Positions 1-12,660 of a stretch of 64,000 nt of DNA are shown here, piece after piece (position 1 is the stretch's first letter; each line of letters opens with the position of its first letter). The DNA is taken from NCBI RefSeq assembly GCF_009914755.1, contig NC_060937.1. One strand, 5' to 3'. The translations under genes were made by a program, and so were the position numbers. The notes under the pieces were generated by a model, which saw only the letters and a list, made by a program, of their open reading frames with translations, did no database searches and was not told where the DNA came from. Source of the DNA: the human T2T-CHM13v2.0 reference genome, Homo sapiens.

Positions 1-135
1 CCCGTTTTATCTTCACAACAACTCTGGGAGAATTAAAGACAGAGAGGGCAAGCAGTTTCTCCAAGGTCACGTGACTGTTAAGTTTTGAGCAGAGATTTGA
101 ACTGGATTTGTGTCCTTAAACGCTCAGCTATGCTG
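1..135 (-). mobile_element. MIR SINE fragment
   Basis: Resembles the MIR core in reverse (cttcacaacaactct...ccaaggtcac...agcagagatttgaact). Confidence 0.55.
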
Positions 136-1557
136 CCTCTGGGTGGAGAACAGTGGGTGTATGCCTTGAGAGCATCACAGACACAGAGTCTGTGTCTGTG
201 GCTTAACACATTTGTTAAATGCAATAGCTAAGATAGGCTGTGTGTACCTAGAAGCATACATGCAAAGTGCCATGAGTCTCCTGCATGCCACCTTTCCAAG
301 TGGTGCTTATAATTAGTATAGCCTGCTTTTACCTCCGAGGAAACTGGGGCATAAAACCCTTAAGAATTTGCCCTAGGCCGTAAAGTTCATGAGGAGGGGC
401 ACCGGGATTGAATCTCAAACCATTAACTCTGTATTACTGTGCAATACTCACTTTCTAATAGAAAGGCACGACATAGGTACTAGCCAGCGTCCAGTAGAAG
501 ACAAAAAGTCCACCAAAGAAGGTAGTTTGAATAGGATGCATTTAATATTAATATTATCTAATAAAGGTAGATTAATTACAAAGGCGGGGGGTAAAGATAA
601 TGCTGAAAACTAACAGAACAACAGATATAGGAAGCAGCCACTGTTCCCCACATCGGGGAGAGTATCTGGAAGAGGACCCTCAGGGATTGAAATGTAGACC
701 CTTTTAGAGAGGATGTGGCAGTGGCCTCTGCATGGTGGGGAAATTCACGGAGGCTGGTTCTGGCAATCAGGAAGCTATTGGCTAAGTGGCAGCAAACCTG
801 GCTGGAGGGTGTGCACCACTGGGTACCCACCACAGTGGGCAAGAACAAGAAGGAACATCCTGGGCCAGTGAGAGGAGCCTGTTCCTCCTGCAGTGCCTCT
901 CCTCCCTCAACTGCCAGAGCCACCACTGTAAATCTGAAATCTCTTCTAAGTGGTCCAATGTCAGTGAATTAATATTCTGCCCTTGTTTGTCTAATGTTGT
1001 AAGAATCCACGTTTACCTGTGTTCCCCAGGTATGTAGGTATGTTAACATTTTTGCATACATACCTTCATACCTGGGGAATGTCTCCTTCAGCCACAGAAG
1101 TAATATCTGCACCCTGCATCTGCTATTCCCATATTCTTCAGAGTTCTCCAGATTACATTCAGTAGTTATTTCCTTTTTACTCGTTAATTATTCATATCCA
1201 GTCTCTCTTGTTAAAATTATTGGTGGAAATTCTGGCTCCTAGAGAAAGATATATGTCATATAAATGTAAAATCTTTCAGTTCTCTTGATGAGTCAGCTGC
1301 CTCCTGCAGAGTCCTAATATTTACTTTCCCCAGACGATACTGGGATTTCACTCTAGGCATGAATCTAGCAGAAACAGGGGGTAGTTACGGTGGGACTAGA
1401 AGAAAATAAGTATCCTCTTTCAAGGCATTTTTTCCCGGTGAAGTCATCACAGTTTTTCAGTGAACAATGGGACATCTCCTCAGTCACAGGAGGTCAAGCT
1501 GCTTCCCCTGGCGAGGAAGACTCAGGGTGACTTCAGGGCTCAAGATTGTCTGTTTCA

Positions 1558-1875
<318 letters not shown>

Positions 1876-2569
1876 CTAACCAGATATTGCCATTTCAGGT
1901 CTCAGGACACTAGTCCATCGCAATTAACAAGAACTTTCAGAAAATAATTTGATAAGACAGTGAATTCACTGGACATGGTACTTCAGCAACCTACACAATT
2001 ACATTAAATTTTGTATTGAACAGTCAGCAATATGAACTCTCAATATGAAAAATTCTTCCAAGGCTGGCATAGAACCTCTCTGGTTCTCCTATTATGACTT
2101 GAGCTTATGGTTAAAGGACTTGGCCTTGGCTTATCTGTTGTTTGTTTGTTTGTTTGTTTGTAAGACTTCCACTGCACTCGTGGGGGGATGCCATGACACA
2201 CCACAGTCCTTGTCATCATTATTTCTGCCATAATGGCCGAGTGCCAGAGTCTTGGCCACTATGGCAGAAATAACTCCCAAGACACTTGCTTCAGTTTACC
2301 CTTCAGGACAGTCAACCACAGGTAACAGCTTGATTACCTTGATTATTTTAGTAATCCAAGCGGGGGTTTCCTAAGATCCTGTTTCCCACTGGCATGCGCC
2401 TCAGCAGTGTACTCACACTAGGCTAACGACACCCCTCACCAAATCCTATCATTGAGGGCCTGGGACCACCCCATTCTTGAAAGGTGTCTTGTTAGCATCC
2501 AGCCAGGATCCAGAATTACCACCAATCATTTGAAAAAGAAAGATTGATGATAAATAACTACTAACTAGT

Positions 2570-3160
2570 AAAAAAACAAACAAAACTATTTAATGTGATC
2601 AAGATAACTGAAGAATGCAGGAATAGCAGATTCAGGGAGCAGATACTGCTTCTGGGGCTGAAGGAGACAACTTTGGGGAGGAGCCTTCTTGGAAGTGACC
2701 CCTCCCCCAAGGCTGAGAGTCAGACCTCATTGGAGAGGGTGCAGCTGTGACCACAGGGTGGCCAGAAGCTTCAGGGAGGTGGCTCAGGCCTAGGCTGCAA
2801 GCAGGGAACAGGTACCAGCAAAATATGCTAGGAAGCTTCTCGCTGGGAGGCTAATATAAATGGGTGGGCCATTTGCTAGGATACAAGAGAAACTTGCCAT
2901 TGGGCTGCTAGGGAAACTCGCCCAGGGACGTGCGCCCCTGGGTCTCCCACACGCCAGTGACAAGGAGACCTGGGGCTCTCTGGCAAGAACCACAAGAAGC
3001 CCCTTCTTCCTGCTGTGTCCCTCCAGGGCCCTCTACTGACAGACCCAACACCGTTCCAGCTGGTAAAGGAGGACCCTCCGGAGGCCCAGCCCCAGGATCA
3101 ACAAAACAGAGCAAAACATGGGTCGACCTGGAGTTGATCCTTAATTGATGATGGGCACAA
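2570..3160. mobile_element. Old ERVL-class LTR-like segment, possibly with degraded internal sequence in ~480-2520
   Basis: GC-richer block that resembles old ERVL LTRs by recollection; subfamily and orientation not resolved. Confidence 0.35.
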
Positions 3161-3646
3161 CATGGAGCCTGAAATCATTTATTTCATTTTCAAGTTTCAG
3201 GCTTTCTGACAGAGGCAAAGCACCTAGCCATAAATTGCAGAAATGCTTCATTGACCACGGATTACCATGGTGGGGTAAGAAGAGCAAAGCGTCCTTTCCT
3301 TTTGGTTAAGTGTCATGTGTGGCAGCTCAAAGAAACAGTAGCAACATTATTTTTCATTTTTTGTTTAGCCAAAGTTTGTGCCATCACAAAGGCAGTATGA
3401 GAAACAACTCCCTGGGCTTAAAATTTAGAAGAAAAATGAAGATATATTAGAATGAATTTGTGTAGTTTAAAGAATGAAAGCAAGGCATTTTTTTCAAATG
3501 TTGGGAAAGTTAGTAATCATGGAAGATTGAAGACCATGAGCTCTCAGGTATGTTAGTCATAAAATTACTGACGTCTGATTTAAAAAAAAAAAAACTGCCC
3601 AGTGACCGACTCATTCATTAGGCTTTTTGCATCTCTTCAATTAAAC

Positions 3647-3726
3647 AAAGAGAGGGAAAAAGAAAAGGGAAGAAGAAAAAGAAAGAGAGGAAGGAAGGAA
3701 GGGAGGGAGAGAAGGAAAGAAGGAGT
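3647..3726 (+). repeat. Polypurine (GA-rich) low-complexity tract
   Basis: About 80 nt of only A/G, including GGAA and GGGA units. Confidence 0.85.
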
Positions 3727-4031
3727 CTCTCACAAATATCTATCTGGAATGATTGAAGGTAGGTAAGGTAAGTAGGAGTATAGTGATTTTGTAACTATAT
3801 AAACCCTTGAAAAGAAAGGTCAGAAAATTTAGTTAAAAAGAATTGCCGTACAAATTATAATTCTTTGCCTTAATTTTTAATGATTAGTTTAAGTTCAGTT
3901 TTTGACTATTATGAATACGTTTCAATAAATCTTTTCTAGCACTTCACATGCACCAGGCACTATGGTAGGTGTTGGGAACAGAAAGGAGATGAAAACAAGA
4001 TCTGTGAGCAAGAAAGTTAGCAACTCTCAGA

Positions 4032-4104
4032 AAGGCCGGCTTCTGTATTGGGAATAATACCAGGTAATAAGGCCGGCTTCTATATTGGGAATAATACCAG
4101 GTAA
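4032..4104 (+). repeat. 37-bp tandem duplication
   Basis: AAGGCCGGCTTCTRTATTGGGAATAATACCAGGTAA twice (starts 4032 and 4069), one mismatch. Confidence 0.95.
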
Positions 4105-4521
4105 CTTAGCAGCACAGAAGAATGAGTGACTCATAAGTTGAAACTTCAGTAAATGACCCCAGCTAAATTATTCAGCCCCACGCTTCAGGTGCAGAATTTC
4201 TCTAAAAGAGCCTGATGACTTCTTTAAGCACAGACAATATTCTTTCTAAGTGTACATCTCTTTCAATGCCAAGTTCCTTTTCTATTTGTTTTGTTGTAAT
4301 TAAGAATACATGACTCCTAATTGTATTCACTATCACCTGTGCCCAGGTGTTTCGCATATATAGTATTTCACTGGGAACATTTATGAATTGGGAAGGATTC
4401 TCTACCACTGATAAGTGGAGTGCGGTAGATTTTACAATTAATTATTGAAAACAGTAATGGCATCCCTGCAGTTCTGTCTGTTGTTAATTGATTGTTTAGC
4501 AGTCGATATTTGAACAGAAAC

Positions 4522-7365
4522 TGTCAGGTTTAAGTCCAGGTTCCAGCCTATGCTGAGGTCTGAGGGCAGTGGGTAGATGAATGGCAGATAGCTGAAAGAA
4601 CACTAGGGAGGTGGGGTGGCATAGGTAGGTGAAATATGGCTTTATTCAGCAGCTCTCTCAGCAGCAGCTCTCTTACAGTTTGCTCTGTCTCAGCTGCTTG
4701 GTCCAGCCAACTCCCATGCACAGCTGCACGGCCGGTTCTCCATTGCCTTCGGGGTCAGTAGCTTAACTCTTTCTCTCTCTGGGCATTAGCGAGCCAAGCT
4801 TGGCCCTGGCTCCCCTCTGTTCATCTCCAAAGACAGAGAGCTCTGGCTCTTTTACTGTCTTTCTCTGGGAGCAAGCATGCCTGATATGGTTTGCCTGTGT
4901 CCCCACCCAAATCTCAATTTGAATTGTATCTCACACAGAATTCCCACTTCTTGTGGGAGGGACCCAGGGGGAGGTAATTGAATCCTGGGGGCCGGTCTTT
5001 CCTGTGCTGGTCTCATGATAGTGAAGAAGTCTCATGAGATTTGATGGGTTTATCAGGGATTTCCCTTTTTGCTTCATCCTCATTTTCTCTTACCACTGCC
5101 ATGTAAGAAGAGCCTTTTACCTCCTGCCATGATTCTGACGCCTCCCCAGCCATGTGGAACTGTAAGTCCAATTAAACCTCCTTTTGTTCCCAGTTTCAGG
5201 TATGGCTTTATTAGCAGTGTAAAAACGAACTGATACAGTAAATTGGTACCAGTAGAGTGGGGCATTGCTGAAAAGATACCCAAAAATGTGGAAGCAACTT
5301 TGGAACTGGGTAACAGGCAGAGGTTGGAGCAATTTGGAGGGCTCAGAAGAAGACAGGAAAATGTGGGAAAGTTTGGAACTTCCTAGAGACTTGTTGAATG
5401 GCTTTGACAAAAATGCTGATAGTGATATGAACAATAAGTTCCAGACTGAGGTGGCCTCAGATGGAGTTGAGGAATTTATTGGGAACTGGAGTGAAGGTGA
5501 CTCTTGTTACGTTTTAGCAAAGAGACTGGTGGCATTTTGCCCCTGCCCTAGAAATTTGTGGAACTTTGAACTTGAGAGAGATGATTTCGGGTATCTGGCA
5601 GAAGAAATGTCTAAGCTTCAAAGCATTCAAGAGGTGACTTGGGTGTTGTTAAAAGCATTCCTTTTTAAAAGGGAAACAGCATAAAAGTTCAGAAAATTTG
5701 CAGCCTGACGATGTGGTAGAAAAGAAAAACCCATTTTTTGAGGAGAAATTCAAGCTGGCTGCAGAAATTTGCATAAGTGGCAAGGAGCCTAATGTTAATC
5801 CCCAAGACAATGGGGAAAATTTCTCCAGGCCATGTCAGAGACCTTCATGGCAGTCCCTCCCATCACAGGCCCAGAGGCCCAGGAGGAAAAAGTGGTTTCA
5901 TGGGCCAGGCACAGGGTCCCCGTGCTGTTTGCAGCCTGGGGACTTGGTGCCATGTGTCCCAGCTGCTCCAGCCATGGTTGAATGGGGCCAATGTAGAGCT
6001 TGGGCCATGGCTTCAGAGGGTGGAAGCCCCAAGCCTTGGCAGCTTCCATGTGGTATTGAGCCTGCAGGTAGACAGAAGTCAAGAATTGAGGTTTAGGAAT
6101 CTCAGCCTAGATTTCAGAAGGTGTATGGAAACACCTGGATTCCCAAGCAAAAGTTTGCTGCAGGGGCGAGGCCCTCATGGAGAACCTCTACAGCAGTGCA
6201 AAAGGGAAATGTGGGGCTGGAGCCCCCACACAGAGTCTCTACTGGGCCACTGCCTAGTGGAGCTGTGAGAAGATGGCCATCATCCTCCAGACCCCAGAAT
6301 GGTAGGTCCACTGACAGCTTGCACCATGAGCCTGGAAAAGCCACAGACACTCAACACTAGCTCGTGAAAGCAGCCAGGAGGGAGGCTGAACCCTGCAAAG
6401 CCACAGGGTGGAGCTGCCCAAGACCATGGAAACCCACATTTTAGATCAGCATGACCTGGATGTGAGACTTGGAGTAAAAGGAGATCATTTTGGAGCTTTA
6501 AAATGTGACTGCCCTACTAAATTTCAGACTTGCTTGGGCCCTGTAACCCCTTTGTTTTGACCAATTTCTCCCATTTCGAATGGTTGTATTTACACAATGC
6601 CTGTACCAGCATTATATCTAAGAAGTAAGTAGCTTGCTTTTGATTTTACAGGCTCATAGGCAGAAGGGACTTGCCTTGTCTCAGATGAAACTTTGGACTG
6701 TGAACTTTTGGGTTAATGCTGAATTGAGTTAAGACTTTGGGGGACTGTTGAGAAGGCATCATTGGTTTTGAAATGTGAGGACATGAGATTTGTAGGGACC
6801 AGGGGCAGAATGATGTAGTTTGGCTGTGTCCTCACCCAAATCTCAACTTGAATTGTATCTCCCAGAATTCCCACGTGTTGTGGGACAGACCCAGGGAGAG
6901 GTCATTGAATCATGGGGGTCGGTCTTTCCCATGCTATTCTCGTGATAGTGAATAAGTCTCATGAGATCTGATGGGTTTATCAGGAACTTCTGCTTTTGCT
7001 TCCTCCTCATTTTACTGACGCCTTGTAAGAAGTGCCTTTCGCCTCCTGCCATGATTCTGAGGCCTCCCCAGGCTTGTGAAACTGTGAGTCCAATTAAACC
7101 TCCTTTTGTTCCCAGTTTTGGGTATGTCTCTAACAGCAGTGTGAAAATGAACCAATACAGCGCCTGTACAGTGTCAGCAGGCAACCATATGTTCTACAGA
7201 CAATAGTGATGTAGGGCCAAGGCATGGCCTTCCCATGTTATGGCTACATGGCTGTGATAACAAGCAGAGTTATATGCCTGTGCTGTGCTCTAAACTCACT
7301 GAGTCACTCTGGATGTTTACCTCGGCCTGCCTATCCTTGACCAAAGCACTGCCGTGTTCGTTACA
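4522..7365 (-). mobile_element. LTR18B-like (ERVL) solo LTR, split into 4522-4881 and 7160-7365 by a THE1A insertion
   Basis: TG...CA termini (tgtca at 4522, ttaca ending 7365); flanking GAAAC/GGAAC 5-bp TSD with one mismatch. Minus strand matches recalled LTR18B consensus, including AATAAAGCCATATTTCACC. Confidence 0.75.
4882..7159 (+). mobile_element. Full-length THE1A MaLR retrotransposon (5' LTR 4882-5237, internal 5238-6810, 3' LTR 6811-7159)
   Basis: Two ~350-bp direct LTRs TGAT...ATACA around a ~1.6-kb THE1 internal region; purine tract before the 3' LTR; TSD ATGCC/GCGCC (differences fit CpG decay). Confidence 0.9.
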
Positions 7366-8855
7366 GGAACACAAAATCTTATTCTTGCAGCTTGGAGACT
7401 AAAGGAAAAGAATCATTAGCAAAGTCTACTGAAGAATATCCCTGAAGTCAGGGTTTTTTTTTTCAAACTCTGAATAATTAAAATAAAACTAAATGCACTA
7501 ACAAGATAATTTGAATCTTGAGGACCTTAAAATTATAAAGGTCCTTAGATAAGTAAAACATCTGAAATATATGACTTGCTTTGTTCAGATAAAGTAATAT
7601 CTTTACATGGTTATAGAAAATATAGCATAGTACACTCAATATAGTGAGATAAGAAACTCAACTTATCTTGGGGGAAAATGTTAAGATACGGAATATTTTA
7701 CCACGTTAAGCTACTTTTTTGTTTGTTTTGGGTTTTTAAAAATAATATATTTAGAGCCGTTCTTTGGAAATCTGTGCAGACTTGCTAAAGTATAGAAAAT
7801 CTCTTTGCAAATAAAGAATAATAGAAAAAACTCTAAATATTAACACATAAAATTTTAAATGTGAATCATATTTTATGTAAAGTTATAAATTGGTATATAA
7901 GAACTATGCTAGTATTGCAACACAGAATACTATTTTGTAAAAGGAACGGGGAAAACTTTCCTTTGTCTGGCCTGAGTTTAATGACATGTTACTGGGAGGT
8001 GTGTGGGAAATCTTGGACAATGGGCATATGTTCACGCCATGCCCTAAAAGAAGTGATGTTAGCCATGCCTGATACATTTTTATGGAGCTCATTAGGGAAT
8101 GTGGGGCAATGGAGACAGTTCATGTGAGTGATTCCTGAAGAGTGCAAGCAAATCTACCATTGTATTGAAGCTGAGAGGGGCAAGGGGTGAAACAGAGTGC
8201 CCAGAGGTGCTGGGCTGATGAAGGGACCTTGGAAGCTAAAACATGGAATGGCCATATTTAATACAGTCAGCCCATTGAGATTTACAGATCATGCCTTTTG
8301 TTAGAAGATAGTTGCTGGAAAGAGAAAAATCAGCCTGTAGTCATTAACACAGGCCTTGATTAAAATGTCGTAGTGTGAGAAGAGCTCCCAGATGAGTTTC
8401 TGTGGAGAAAAAGGAGGTTAAAGATTTGATAGGACAGATTGGGGAACTTTGGCCAAAGTTCAGCTTGCTCCTTGAAGAGTTCTTTCAGAATCTTTGAAGG
8501 CATCAGACACCTCTATTATATTAGAAACAAGACAGGATATAGGGCAGCCAGCACAGAGGCATGGGTTTGCAGCCACACACTAGAGATGCTGGGTTTAGCA
8601 AAGGGGTGAGGAGAGGCAGCTGGGGCCAAAGTTTTGCAAGAGTCAGTGGAAGGTTTTCAGAACGTTAGAGTCTCCACAAGTCATTTAATATATTTGTCTT
8701 AAAAAATAATTCGAGCTTCCTACCCGATTCTTCAGGGTGATATCTACCGTAGACTATTTCTGCATCTGTTTCCCAACTAAGATTGAAGTACAACTCCTAA
8801 TCTGCTTTTAATTTAAACAGTATATATGATGTTATATTTTTTTCTTTTTATCTAG

Positions 8856-8987
<132 letters not shown>

Positions 8988-10262
8988 TAGAAAAAAATAG
9001 ATTGGGAGAATTGTAAGTGTGTATTCATTTTCACAGGTTTGCTTACATGATTTCCGATGGATGTAGTTTCCGCACGTGGTGTAGAAGATGGTATTTTTTC
9101 CCTTCAGCTTTCCATTGCTCTCACTGCACTGCATTGTGGTTTAGTCAATGCTGGTTTTTTTGCAAGCCAGCAGAAATCTAGAGGCCAACAATGAAGGGAC
9201 ATTTTAACAGGCATCTAAAGTCCATAATTAGTGGGACTGGGTTTGTAATTATAATCTGTTCTCCCCTGGGAGGGGAAGGGAAGTCAACCAACACAATTGA
9301 ATTTTGAGCTAATGAGAACAAGGTCATCTGAAGTGTATTCTCTTAGAAGCAGGTGGTCCTAGCTGGAATTAGAGGCAAGGAAGTGAGGGCTTAAGTCAAG
9401 GACACTTGTCTGCAAATCGACCCTTTGTGACACTTTAGAACACAAAGGTCATCAGAAGAAAGCCCTATGGCCATGATGCTAGCCTGAAAAGATGAGGCTG
9501 AGCCCCTAAATGCATTCACCGACAAAGGATGTTTAATTATACAGGTCCAGCATATAATTTCATCAGTAAGTGCAGCCTTGGGAAAGTGGGAGGTATGAGA
9601 ATCCCTGAGCACAATATAGTATTAAACTAAAGAATTATGCCCCTCCTTTTTTCCCCTGCTGTTTAGGTATAAATAACAATAAAGAAATTCCAATCCCTTC
9701 AAAATGACCCTTGGCCAGAGAAAAGTTTACAGTTTTTAAGAGCCACACGGAGCTTATGCAGATACTCTTTTTGCCTCTAAGAAAACCTCACATCTGCCTC
9801 ATTGTTCCCTTGTGCTCTCTGCCTCCTCCAGATTGCTTTTATGAAAAAGGTTTATTCCGAGGATGGCTTAGAATAATAATAATTAGCACTTAGCAGCAAT
9901 GAGTTCGCAGATAAAATAGTCTTATTCTCTGTGAAAGCAAGGTAGGTGTGGTTACCACGACAGGGGATGATGTGAGCATTGCCGTGCTGCTCACATCGTC
10001 ACCAAGTGGGGGTCTCAGGCAGAAGCAAGCTGGGTTGGGTTAGCAGTGCATTCAGTTGACCACTCTGCAGCTCAGTCGTGCCTGGGCACTGTCACCTGTG
10101 GGAACGCTCACTCACTTTCTCCAAGTCTTGTTAGCTGTGCCTCGTAGGAGGCAGATTCCATTACTTCTAAAGGGAATGAAGCTTGAAGTTATACAGACTT
10201 CTTAGTTGGGAAGTTAATTATTTGGATCCTTGCCAGACTTCGCATGTGGCCTGCAATTGTGA

Positions 10263-10552
10263 ATTGACATGAAAAACTTGGCGCAATGGTGCCTATAGTT
10301 AATGATACTGTATTGCATACTTTGAAATTTGCTGAGATCATAGTTTGTATGTTAAGTGTTATCACCAAATAATAGTAAAAATAACAGTAAATAAAGAGTG
10401 TGGGAGGAAATTTGAAGGTGATGGATATATTTATGGCATATAATGTGGTGATGGTTTCAGGGATGTATACTTACAAACATCAAGCTGTATACAATAAATA
10501 TGTACAGCTTTGGTATGTTGGTCATACTGCAATGAATGGTTTAAAAAAATAA
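10263..10552 (+). mobile_element. Old L1M (L1MA/MB-type) 3' end
   Basis: ctatagttaatgatactgtattgcatac...gatggatatatttatgg...aaacatcaagctgtataca with an A-rich end. Confidence 0.7.
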
Positions 10553-10860
10553 AACCAGTGATGTCAAATTTTTAAAAAGTACTTGACCATGTTTTGTTTA
10601 GCTGTGCCAGTTCTATGTTATTATTTCCTGCTTTTTCTGTTGTTCTGAATTTTTAAAAGCTACAGTAATAAATGTTTCTTTTAGAAAATAAAACGACATT
10701 TATTTGCAAATGCATTCACATTGCTTATAAACCTCTCCAACTCATTACAGCATTTCGTTTGATAGGAAATTTTAGTATTGCAAGATCAGTGTTTTATATC
10801 CTATGTAAAGAATAAAAATAAATGTGTTCCTTTGAGAGGCTGATATTAAAAAGGAGTATG

Positions 10861-10888
10861 CAAAAACAAAACAAAACAAAACAAAACA
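10861..10888 (+). repeat. (CAAAA)n microsatellite
   Basis: About five tandem CAAAA units. Confidence 0.85.
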
Positions 10889-11899
10889 AGAGGAAAGTAC
10901 TAACTCTTAAATGGCTGGTAGAAAATCTGTCACTACTATGGCTGTCACAGTCAGCTTGTTAAATACATGTTTGCTGGAACAAACTCAATTTAATATCTCT
11001 TAAATTTTTAATTCTGTTTGCCATTTGTCACTGCAGTCGCTCTGGCCCATGCCTTCACATCCATCTGCCCTTCCCTCAGCTCATTCACAATCTGCTTCTG
11101 CTTATGTTGGTCTTCCTCCCACTATCTCCATCATCTGCCGCCATTCCCAGTAAATACTGTCTAATTCGATTTATTCTCTGGCCCTCTGCTTGGTGTACTT
11201 TTACAGTTATCTATTGTGACAGCATGGGCTGATGTCTTTAGAAATTCCTACTATTTCAAGATGAGATTTTTATTATTATTTGGCTCTGGGTATTTCAGCA
11301 TCGCCTTTTTATAACCAGGTGGTTGCAATCTTAGAATTTTCATTTTGCGTTGTGCAGTTTCGCATCCGAGTACTTATCACCTGTCACATCAGGATGCACG
11401 TGGCAGAAGAGGCTGCAACGTCTTGAACAAGTTGATTACATGGAAACTCGCTGGTCACAAGTCCTAATTGTGCTGTCACCACCGACTTACACTGTAAACT
11501 CGGGGACAGCAATTAACCTCGGCTCACTGCCTGAGCCTGCCAGGCTGTGAAATGAGACAACCACGGAGAGCTGATGGAGCATTTGATGAATATTAGATCT
11601 CTAGTGCAAGGAGAACCAGCTGGCATGCAAGGAAGGCAGTCGATTAGAAAGTGAGCCAGCATGGAAAGAAAGCACTGACAGGAGAGCCCAAGGAGCACCC
11701 AGGACAAAAGATCAGCATAATGGATACATTATACACACACATACAGAAATATTCATGTCCCTGAAAGACACCAAAAGCTTTAGTTGGCTCTGCATACACC
11801 ACCATTCACTGTCGTTTCTTCTTTCAAACCCATTCTTCTAACAGTCATAGCTCACATTTATTTTATTGAGTTCCTAGTATCCTGTGGTTCAGCCCACTG

Positions 11900-12660
11900 A
11901 AGTTCAGTTTCTAAACCTACAAACCCATTGGAAATGCCCTTGCAACAATTGCTATTACCTTCCTTAGTTTTCTATCCAGTGATAGCTTTCTTTCCTTTTT
12001 TATTACCTTATCTCTCTTTGACATTCGATGACCTTTGTGACACTCTCTTAGGAACAGTCTCTCTCCTGCCATCTTCCCACAGTTTTCCTTCCTCTCTTTG
12101 AGCTTCTACTTAGGTTTCCTTCGAATGCTTCCCGTGTCTGTCCAGATTGCTAAATGTTGGTCCCTCCTGGGGCTTTGTCTTTGAGAATCTTCCATGTCCC
12201 TCCATGCTGTTGCTGGGTTGTCTCACCCTTTTGCTTGTGTTGTTACCACTTGCTGGTTCTCAAGAATATCCTTGTAGCTTAATTATCTTTCCAGACCTTC
12301 ACTCCTGCATACGCAGTTTTATTAAGTATCTCGACTTGAGTGTCAGATAGTTTGAAACAACATGTCTCTGTGGAATGTGTTATTGTCCTTTCACTGTGTG
12401 TATTTCATATTTTCCCATTATCACCAGGAACATCACTTTTCTTCTCCCATATCGTCATGTCTGATTGTTGCCAATTCTTACAGATTCTCCTTATTTGATA
12501 TCCTTCTAATATGTCCACCCAGATCACAAATCATGCTGTCACTGCCTTAATTAACATGCTGGTCTTTCTATTTTACATTACTACAGTAGCTTCCAAAACT
12601 GGTCTTCTTGCCCCCAGTATTAGCCCTCCCCCTTCATTTTTCAGAGGACTCCCAGGTGAA
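11900..12660 (+). mobile_element. Degenerate L2 LINE fragment
   Basis: Pyrimidine-rich L2-like motifs (ctaaatgttggt, ttctccttatttgatatc, ctacagtagcttcc..actggtctt); boundaries approximate. Confidence 0.45.

Noticed and set aside
3757-3776. Consensus donor cluster AAGGTAGGTAAGGTAAGT
   Set aside because: No credible upstream acceptor or open frame matching MYO16; it follows a low-complexity purine tract.
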